From Candidatus Limnocylindria bacterium (lineage in GTDB: Bacteria; Patescibacteriota; Saccharimonadia; Saccharimonadales; JAGQNK01), in assembly GCA_035489815.1 (NCBI GenBank), contig DATHJH010000032.1, forward strand, positions 32,301 to 96,300: a stretch of 64,000 bases of DNA. Reading direction: 5' to 3'. The notes beneath the pieces are model-generated. The model searched no databases. It was not told the DNA's origin and saw only the letters and a list, made by a program, of their open reading frames with translations. Every line of letters starts with the position of its first letter. Position 1 is the first letter of the stretch. Positions 9,271 through 16,321 of this stretch are shown here, one piece after another. Both the position numbers and the translations under genes were made by a program.

Positions 9271-10133
9271 AGGGAATTATTTTAGCCGGTGGATCGGGCA
9301 CACGCCTGTACCCCATCACCCACGGCATCTGCAAGCAACTGATGCCGATCTACGACAAGCCAATGATCTACTATCCCTTGTCCACGCTGATGCTGGCTGG
9401 GATTCGGGACATCTTGATCATTACCACCCCGCACGACCAGGAACGGTTCAAACAGCTGCTGGGCGATGGTTCACGCGTGGGCTGTCACTTTGAGTACGTC
9501 ATTCAGGATCAGCCGCGCGGATTAGCCGACGCATTTATAGTTGGCGCTGACTTCATTGGGAATGACAAAGTCTGCCTGATCCTTGGCGACAACATATTTT
9601 ATGGCTCCGCCTTTGGTGAACAACTCAAAGAAAACACCGATCCCGACGGCGGCATCATCTACGCCTACCATACGTCCACTCCCGAAAGACTGGGTGTGGT
9701 GGAATTCGACAAAGACATGAATGCAATTTCAATTGAAGAAAAGCCAGAAAAACCCAAATCCAACTATGGCATCCCAGGCCTATACTTCTACGACAATGAC
9801 GCTGTAGAGATCGCCAGACAAGCAAAACCAAGTGCCCGGGGCGAACTGGAAATCACCGAAATCCATAACGGCTACCTCCGCCAGAACAAACTAAAAGTCA
9901 GCATTATGGACCGCGGTACGGCATGGATAGACCCGGGTAATTTTGATGACGTCCTAAAAGCCTCACAGTTTGTCCAGATTATCGAGGAAAGACAGGGTCA
10001 AAAAATCGGTTGCATAGAGGAGATCGCCTGGGAAGAGGGATACATTACCACCGCCCAGCTACAAGCCCTGGCCGAACCCCTCAAAAAGAGCGGCTACGGA
10101 CAGTATCTGCAGTCGCTGGTACAAGAAGCTTAG
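9267..10133 (+). CDS. rfbA: glucose-1-phosphate thymidylyltransferase
   Basis: 288 aa. MKGIILAGGSGTRLYPIT, with RmlA pattern throughout. ATGA overlap with rfbD. Confidence 0.95.
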   Translation: MKGIILAGGSGTRLYPITHGICKQLMPIYDKPMIYYPLSTLMLAGIRDILIITTPHDQERFKQLLGDGSRVGCHFEYVIQDQPRGLADAFIVGADFIGNDKVCLILGDNIFYGSAFGEQLKENTDPDGGIIYAYHTSTPERLGVVEFDKDMNAISIEEKPEKPKSNYGIPGLYFYDNDAVEIARQAKPSARGELEITEIHNGYLRQNKLKVSIMDRGTAWIDPGNFDDVLKASQFVQIIEERQGQKIGCIEEIAWEEGYITTAQLQALAEPLKKSGYGQYLQSLVQEA

Positions 10134-10157
10134 GCCCGCCTCCAAACGATCTCGGAC

Positions 10158-10263
10158 CCCATCACAAATACCCTCTTATTCCGTCAGGGTCAGCAAGCGC
10201 CTCCGAGGGCCCATGGCCCGAGGTAAAAGCGCCCTAGAGGAATAAGAGGGTATTTGTGATGGG
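10158..10263 (+). repeat. family-1 nested hairpin element, copy C (subtype 1a)
   Basis: Perfect 25-nt arms at 10158-10182 and 10239-10263. Core is GTCAGGGTCAGCAAGCGCCTCCGAGGGCCCATGGCCCGAGGTAAAAGCGCCCTAGA. Confidence 0.9.
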
Positions 10264-10289
10264 CCGATGCCTAGTAATAGTCATAACCG

Positions 10290-11258
10290 TTATTTATCGA
10301 AGCGTTGGCGCTTGGCGGCTTCCAGAATCTTTTCCTGATTATTCAGCAGCCGGTCCAGCATGTCCGCTACCAGGCCAAGCGCCCAAACCACCAGCGCCAA
10401 GGTCGTGAGATAGAGGCCAAGGGCCCCGACGGCAATGTAAGGGGTAATGCGATCGGTGCGTATCCAATGCACAAAGGTAAACCCGCCAAGCAGCAGACCC
10501 GGGATAATGAGTATAACCCCCAGATTCCCGAAAAACTTCAAGGGTGCATAGTCGCGGTACGCCCGGAGTATATTCAGCGCACTGCCAAACAGGAATTGCC
10601 AAAAACTTTTCACCACCCGGGACTTTCGGCCCTCGTAGTACTTCACATGGATAGGCACAGCCACGATATTCATCTTTTTGACGGCCAGCACCTGAAAGGA
10701 CTCCTGCGTATAGGTGTAGGTACTGTTGATGTTTATGGCCAGCATGGCCTTTTTGGTGTAGGCCCTAAAGCCGCAGGTGACGTCATAAAACCGCTCGCCT
10801 GACAGATTGCCCACAATCCACGCCCCGAGCCGGTTAGCCCAGTACTTGCCGCCCGGCATGCCTGCCGGTTTGCGGCGCTGCCCGGTATCAGGGTCAGTGA
10901 AGCGATCGGCGGCTACAAAGTCTGCGCCGTCTTGCAGGATTGGTTTAAGCAGCGTCGGGATGTCCTCTGGTGCAAACTGCAAATCACCGTCAATATTTAC
11001 GGCAATATCCGCATCCATGGACAGCGCCGTTTCTATGGCTTGCTCAAACCTATAGGCCAGCCGCTTTTGCTTGACGCCCTCTATGATCTTGGTGGCACCG
11101 GCCCGGCGGGCGGCGTCTGCCGTGCTGTCGGTGCTGCCGTCGCTGACCACCAGCGTTTCAATCTTATCCACGCCAGGTATCTTTTTGGGAATCCTCTTCA
11201 GGAGTTCACCAATAGTCTCTGCCTCGTCCTTACAGATAGAAAATATTATTAGCTTCAT
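10290..11258 (-). CDS. GT2 polyprenyl-phosphate glycosyltransferase (GtrB/CsbB/DPM1-like) with C-terminal TM helices
   Basis: GT-A N-terminal domain (LIIFSICKDE, VVSDGSTD, NIDGDLQF) followed by two C-terminal TM helices. The maximal ORF reaches 11300. The ATG at 11258 (MKLIIF) is preferred. Confidence 0.7.
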   Translation of the reverse strand: MKLIIFSICKDEAETIGELLKRIPKKIPGVDKIETLVVSDGSTDSTADAARRAGATKIIEGVKQKRLAYRFEQAIETALSMDADIAVNIDGDLQFAPEDIPTLLKPILQDGADFVAADRFTDPDTGQRRKPAGMPGGKYWANRLGAWIVGNLSGERFYDVTCGFRAYTKKAMLAININSTYTYTQESFQVLAVKKMNIVAVPIHVKYYEGRKSRVVKSFWQFLFGSALNILRAYRDYAPLKFFGNLGVILIIPGLLLGGFTFVHWIRTDRITPYIAVGALGLYLTTLALVVWALGLVADMLDRLLNNQEKILEAAKRQRFDK

Positions 11259-11320
11259 GAGTGGTGTATTTTTCTCCCTATTGCCACATTTTACTGTCAA
11301 AGTGTTTTATAATCTAGTAA

Positions 11321-12595
11321 ATGAAGATAGCTGTGATTGGATTAGGGTACGTTGGCCTGCCCCTGGCGCTCCTGGCAGAAGAAAAAGGCTTTGACGTCAT
11401 TGGTATTGATCTGGACAAAAACAAACTAACCAGACTGAGTAAACGCCAGCCGATCATTGATGACACGATCGCAAACAAACAGCTGGAAAAAACAAACATA
11501 CGCTTTTCTGACGACTTTTCGCTGCTACAGAACGTAGATATAGCAATTGTCTGCGTACCTACCCCTGTTGATGAAGCCAAAAACCCTGATCTGGGCCCCG
11601 TAAAAGGTGCCTCTGTCAGCGTGGCAAAACAGTTAAAGCCCGGCAGCTTGCTGGTGATCGAATCAACCATTAACCCAGGAGTCTGCGACGAAGTCGTTAT
11701 CCCAATCATAGAAAAAGAAACCGACCACGTCATAGGCAAGTCCCTGTACATAGCTCACTGCCCGGAGCGCATCAATCCCGGAGACCCCAAGTGGCATGTC
11801 GGCAACATCAACAGAGTACTCGGTGCCGATTCCGACAAAGCCCTGGATATGGCTTACAAATTTTATGACCAGCTCGTAGACGCCAAGGTCAAAAAGATGG
11901 GCAGCATCAAGGAAGCCGAGGCCTGCAAAGTGGTTGAAAACTCATTCCGGGACATCAACATAGCCTTTGTAAATGAGCTGGCTATGTCTTTTGACAAGCT
12001 GGGTATCAATGTAGTCAACGTCATAGACGGTGCCGCCACCAAGCCCTTTGCTTTTATGGCTCACTACCCTGGTATTGGCGTCGGCGGACACTGCATACCG
12101 GTAGACCCCTATTACCTGATTGAATATGCACGCAGTAATGGGTTTGAGCACAAGTTCCTGTCGCTGGCCCGCAGCATCAACGAATCCATGCCTGTCTATG
12201 CCATTGATCAGTTGGAACAAGCACTCATCCAAAAAAGCGGCCGGACACTTGATGGTGCATCCGTAACAGTGCTGGGATTGTCCTATAAGCCCAATGTGGC
12301 AGATGATCGTGAAAGTCCAGCCTATGTAGTCATAAGGGCTCTAAAGAAGCGCGGCGCACGGGTAACCGGGTATGACCCGTACCTCCTGGAAAAGTCAGAC
12401 GCCAAATCTCTGCCGGAAGCGCTCCAAGACAAAGACGCTGTCATACTAGTAACCAGCCATCAGGAATTCAAGGACCTTGCACCAGAAGCCTTCGCGGGCG
12501 TATCTGTACTGCTTGACGGCCGGAATGACCTCATCAAACACAAGGCCGCGCTTAATGAGCTAGGCGTAGTCTATCTAGGCCTTGGCCTGAACTAA
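11321..12595 (+). CDS. nucleotide-sugar dehydrogenase (UDP-glucose/GDP-mannose dehydrogenase family; WecC/WbpA-like)
   Basis: 424 aa. MKIAVIGLGYVGLPLA, catalytic GVGGHCIPVDP. Confidence 0.85.
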   Translation: MKIAVIGLGYVGLPLALLAEEKGFDVIGIDLDKNKLTRLSKRQPIIDDTIANKQLEKTNIRFSDDFSLLQNVDIAIVCVPTPVDEAKNPDLGPVKGASVSVAKQLKPGSLLVIESTINPGVCDEVVIPIIEKETDHVIGKSLYIAHCPERINPGDPKWHVGNINRVLGADSDKALDMAYKFYDQLVDAKVKKMGSIKEAEACKVVENSFRDINIAFVNELAMSFDKLGINVVNVIDGAATKPFAFMAHYPGIGVGGHCIPVDPYYLIEYARSNGFEHKFLSLARSINESMPVYAIDQLEQALIQKSGRTLDGASVTVLGLSYKPNVADDRESPAYVVIRALKKRGARVTGYDPYLLEKSDAKSLPEALQDKDAVILVTSHQEFKDLAPEAFAGVSVLLDGRNDLIKHKAALNELGVVYLGLGLN

Positions 12596-12600
12596 AGCCC

Positions 12601-13956
12601 ATGGAAAAAACAATTACCATCATTGGCGCAGGCTATGTAGGGTTGTCCACCGCAGCCCTGCTTTCTAACTGTGGGTACCAGGTCTACCTGATAGATATCA
12701 ACCAGGAGCGTTTGGACACCATTGCCAGCGGCAAATCATTTTTCTTTGAGGAAGGTATAGACCCGTTGATTGCAGCAGGCATCAGCGCCGGTTTGCTCAT
12801 TCCCACGGCAGACTACAAAACGGGGGTGTCAAAAAGTTCCATAGTATTTTCCTGTGTGGGCACGCCCGACAACCCTGACGGCAGCTCTAATCTGACCTAC
12901 GTATTCTCTGCGGCCAAAGAAGCCGCCTCGTACCTGCAGCCCGGTTCTGTCTATGTCCAGAAAAGCACCGTTCCCGTTGGCACTGGCGGCAGGGTAAGCC
13001 AGGAGTTTCAGAAGGCAGGCACAAAGGTAGCTTATGTGTCTAACCCTGAATTCCTGCGCGAAGGAACGGCCATCAGCGACACTCTGTGGTTTGACAGGAT
13101 CATATGCGGGGGCTCCGACGAAGAAGCCGTCCAGGCCGTGTTTACAATCTATAGATCGCTTGAGGAGTGCCGCGAGAAGATTGCGAACCTGACAAAACTA
13201 AAAACACCGGACGTTCAGCTGCCCGGTTCTTACATCGCAACCACGCTTGAGAGCGCAGAGCTCATCAAGGTCACTGCCAATGCCTTTTTGGCGCTAAAGA
13301 TTTCGTTCGCCAACTCCATTGCTAAACTGTCTGACCAGGTTGGCGCGGATATAACTGAAGTTATGGACGCCGTTGGCCAGGACAATAGAATTGGCCGGGC
13401 CTTTTTAAATGCCGGCCGGGGCTACGGCGGCGGCTGTTTTCCCAAGGATATGAGCGGGCTGATTGATGCCATGCACGAACACAGTGCCGACCCGCAGATC
13501 CTCACCGCCGCCCAGGAGGTGAACGCCTCTATGCCCGGCTATATTGTGAACAAAGTCCAGACCGCTATGGGCGACCTGCACGGCAAGAAGATTGCTGTGC
13601 TGGGTCTGGCTTTCAAGGCAGGCACCAGCGACGCCAGAAGGTCGCAGGGTGTGCGTATGGCAAACATCCTATCCAAATCAGAGGCCGTTGTTCGGGTCTA
13701 TGACCCGGAAGCCAGCCATGAAGCAGCTGAGGACCTGCGGCCAAACGTCGTTGTCTGCCAGGACCTCCATGCAGCCGTCAAAGGGGCAGATGCCGTGTTG
13801 GTAGCAACGGAATGGCCAGAGCTCATCCAAATGGATCTGAAGCGGCTGGTCAAGGACGCGGCTAAGCCTTGTATACTTGTTGATTGCATGAACAGATTCT
13901 CATCAGCCCAAGCCGCCGAAGCTGGGTTACAATACATAGGAGTCGGAAAAAGATGA
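12601..13956 (+). CDS. ugd: UDP-glucose 6-dehydrogenase
   Basis: 451 aa. IIGAGYVGLSTA, GYGGGCFPKD catalytic Cys motif. Confidence 0.8.
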   Translation: MEKTITIIGAGYVGLSTAALLSNCGYQVYLIDINQERLDTIASGKSFFFEEGIDPLIAAGISAGLLIPTADYKTGVSKSSIVFSCVGTPDNPDGSSNLTYVFSAAKEAASYLQPGSVYVQKSTVPVGTGGRVSQEFQKAGTKVAYVSNPEFLREGTAISDTLWFDRIICGGSDEEAVQAVFTIYRSLEECREKIANLTKLKTPDVQLPGSYIATTLESAELIKVTANAFLALKISFANSIAKLSDQVGADITEVMDAVGQDNRIGRAFLNAGRGYGGGCFPKDMSGLIDAMHEHSADPQILTAAQEVNASMPGYIVNKVQTAMGDLHGKKIAVLGLAFKAGTSDARRSQGVRMANILSKSEAVVRVYDPEASHEAAEDLRPNVVVCQDLHAAVKGADAVLVATEWPELIQMDLKRLVKDAAKPCILVDCMNRFSSAQAAEAGLQYIGVGKR

Positions 13957-14708
13957 GTCACAACACAACAAGTAACAACAAATTCTTCAAAGCACCCAGG
14001 TATCTCTTCCGAAAATACAATATCCTGAACCTGATCCAAACAATTCCCGTAAAAACCTTTGCAGACGTGGGGTGCGGAGCGGGCGAGTTGGCGTGTTCCC
14101 TGGCCCAAAGAGGATACAAAGGCGTGGGGATCGATTTTTCTGATGACGCACTGGCTGTTGCAAATGGCATCCGAAAAGAAAGAGGCCTGACCACCAAACA
14201 ACTGTCCTTCAACAAAGGCAGCCTCAGCGTCCTCCCTAAAAAATCTGATCTGATTATCTGCTGCGAGGTCATAGAACACCTGGAGGATGACAACAAATTC
14301 TTACAAGACGTCAAAAAGTACGGCGATTATTTTATCTTCTCTGTCCCCGCCCGCATGCAGTGGTTTGATCAATTTGACGAAAAGGTCGGCCATTTTCGCC
14401 GCTATGAAAAAGGTGAACTTATCAAACAGCTGGAAAAGCATGGGTACGTCATTAAGCGCTTTTCTTCCTACGGCTATCCTTTTATCAATGTCACCCGCCT
14501 GATGCGAAAAGCCCTGGCCGGCAAGGTAAAAAAGCAAAAAAACGCAGAGGAAATGACCAAACAAAGCGGCATCAACCCCATAAAGACCAAATACCTGCAG
14601 CTCTTAAATATAGAACCGTTTTTGTTGCCCCTGTACTGGATGAGCCGGCCTTTCAACAGATATAATCTATCTGAGGGGTACGTTGTCCTGTGTCAAAAGA
14701 AACAATAA
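13953..14708 (+). CDS. class I SAM-dependent methyltransferase
   Basis: FADVGCGAGELA motif I, CCEVIEHL. The ATG at 13953 overlaps the ugd stop (ATGA). Confidence 0.75.
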   Translation: MSHNTTSNNKFFKAPRYLFRKYNILNLIQTIPVKTFADVGCGAGELACSLAQRGYKGVGIDFSDDALAVANGIRKERGLTTKQLSFNKGSLSVLPKKSDLIICCEVIEHLEDDNKFLQDVKKYGDYFIFSVPARMQWFDQFDEKVGHFRRYEKGELIKQLEKHGYVIKRFSSYGYPFINVTRLMRKALAGKVKKQKNAEEMTKQSGINPIKTKYLQLLNIEPFLLPLYWMSRPFNRYNLSEGYVVLCQKKQ

Positions 14709-15553
14709 CCGCTTCTCTGTCCAGCGCCCGCAGATACATCGGCTTTTTTGTCATAGTTGCTGCCGCCGGAGCTTTTGTATGGTACCTCAGAGCCCACCCG
14801 GGAGCCCTGGACCCGCTGAGAGCGACGCCTTTGTACCTTATCCCGCTACTCGTTGTGCTGTACGGCCTGTTTTTACTCACTAACTTTTTCATTACCGCCA
14901 TTACCATAACTATAAGCGGCAAGTCCTATCCCTTGAAGGACTCGCTGATGCTAACCGTCTACTCCACGTTAGTGAATTTCTTTGGCCCCCTGCAAAGCGG
15001 CCCTGGATTCCGGGCGGTATACCTAAAAAAGAAGATCGGGCTGGGCATCAAGGACTACACGCTGGCCACCATGCTGTACTATGGGGCGTTCCTGGCCATT
15101 AGCCTGGTTATGATGCTTGGTATTCGCTACCCACTGGCGACGCTGGCTATAGTGGTCGTCATCACCGGGGCTGGCGTATGGTTCTTTCGGACGCAAAAAT
15201 TAGCCACTTTGATTCGTAACTTTGCTATCGTAGGGCTGGTGACATTGGTGCAGCTGGCACTCATAGCCATTATCTATTACCTGGAACTGCGGGCAACTGG
15301 CTATCATCCCTCACTGGCAGCAACCCTCACCTACACTGGTAGCGCCAACCTGGCTTTGTTCGTAGCCTTTACCCCCGGGGCAATTGGCATTCGGGAATCC
15401 TTCATATACTTTTCCCAGTCCATCCACCACATACCAACCGATCATATCCTGAGCGCCGGCCTGCTGGACCGATCAATCTACCTGATCTTCCTTGGGATTT
15501 TATTCATAAGTTCCAGCAGCCTGCACATCAGCAGCAAACTCCGGGCCAGATAG
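14690..15553 (+). CDS. polytopic membrane protein (flippase-like / LPG-synthase-TM-like, UPF0104-type)
   Basis: 287 aa, GTG start, about 8 TM helices. The function is inferred from topology and context only. Confidence 0.45.
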   Translation: MSKETITASLSSARRYIGFFVIVAAAGAFVWYLRAHPGALDPLRATPLYLIPLLVVLYGLFLLTNFFITAITITISGKSYPLKDSLMLTVYSTLVNFFGPLQSGPGFRAVYLKKKIGLGIKDYTLATMLYYGAFLAISLVMMLGIRYPLATLAIVVVITGAGVWFFRTQKLATLIRNFAIVGLVTLVQLALIAIIYYLELRATGYHPSLAATLTYTGSANLALFVAFTPGAIGIRESFIYFSQSIHHIPTDHILSAGLLDRSIYLIFLGILFISSSSLHISSKLRAR

Positions 15554-15577
15554 CTGCCAAAGGGCAGTCCAAGGCTG

Positions 15578-15725
15578 CCGACCCACCCTCACTTTCCCGT
15601 CATACCGGCCTTGATCTGCTATCCAGAAGCGTTATTGATCAGGCCTGGATTCCCAGTCAAGCCTGCCCTCGGCTCCGATCGGGGGCTGGGAATGACAGGG
15701 GTGGGAGAAAAAGTGGGGGGTAGGT
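15578..15725. repeat. family-2 structured element, copy D (MITE-like)
   Basis: About 148 bp bracketed by the imperfect direct repeat CAGTC(C)AAGGCTG (15565-15577 and 15726-15737). It contains hairpins GGCCTTGATC...GATCAGGCC and ATTCCCAG-TCAAGCC...CTGGGAATGAC. It is homologous to the element at 60087-60206. Confidence 0.7.
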
Positions 15726-15772
15726 CAGTCAAGGCTGTTAAAGCTTACGCTTTTATGCTATAATTATATTTG

Positions 15773-16318
15773 ATGGTACAAAATAAAAACTACAAGAAAC
15801 CTATACTTATCATACTTGCCGCCGTTTTGCTGGTAAGCGGCGGGGTTTTCGCATACAGAGCCTACGGCAGGGATTCAGGCCGGGACGATTGGGTGGATGG
15901 CGTAAACTACGGTCCGCCTACCGAGGAAGAAAAAGCCTCTGGTGACAAGCAGAAAGAAACCACGGACGCAGAGGAGGAGCAACAGAACGCTCCAGAACCT
16001 CCGGACCAAAATGACCCCCAGAAAAAAGCCGTGACCGTCATCATCACCGATGCCGATCAATATGATGCTATAATTGAAGTCCGATCCTTTATCTCCGACC
16101 ACTACCAAGACGGCACTTGTACGATCACCATCAAAAAAGGCAGCCAAACAGTTACCAAAAAAACGCCTGCCTACCGCGATGCCTCTACCACCATCTGCAC
16201 CAACCCGCTCATCAAACGTTCCGAGTTCCCGAGCGCCGGGGACTGGCAAGTTACAGTAGCCTACGCTTCCAAAGACGCTGCCGGCACATCGGACGCACAA
16301 ACCATTAAAATCAAGTAG
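15773..16318 (+). CDS. hypothetical membrane-anchored exported protein
   Basis: About 181 aa. N-terminal TM (PILIILAAVLLVSGGVFAY), an acidic linker, then a small beta domain. Confidence 0.6.
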   Translation: MVQNKNYKKPILIILAAVLLVSGGVFAYRAYGRDSGRDDWVDGVNYGPPTEEEKASGDKQKETTDAEEEQQNAPEPPDQNDPQKKAVTVIITDADQYDAIIEVRSFISDHYQDGTCTITIKKGSQTVTKKTPAYRDASTTICTNPLIKRSEFPSAGDWQVTVAYASKDAAGTSDAQTIKIK

Positions 16319-16321
16319 CTC

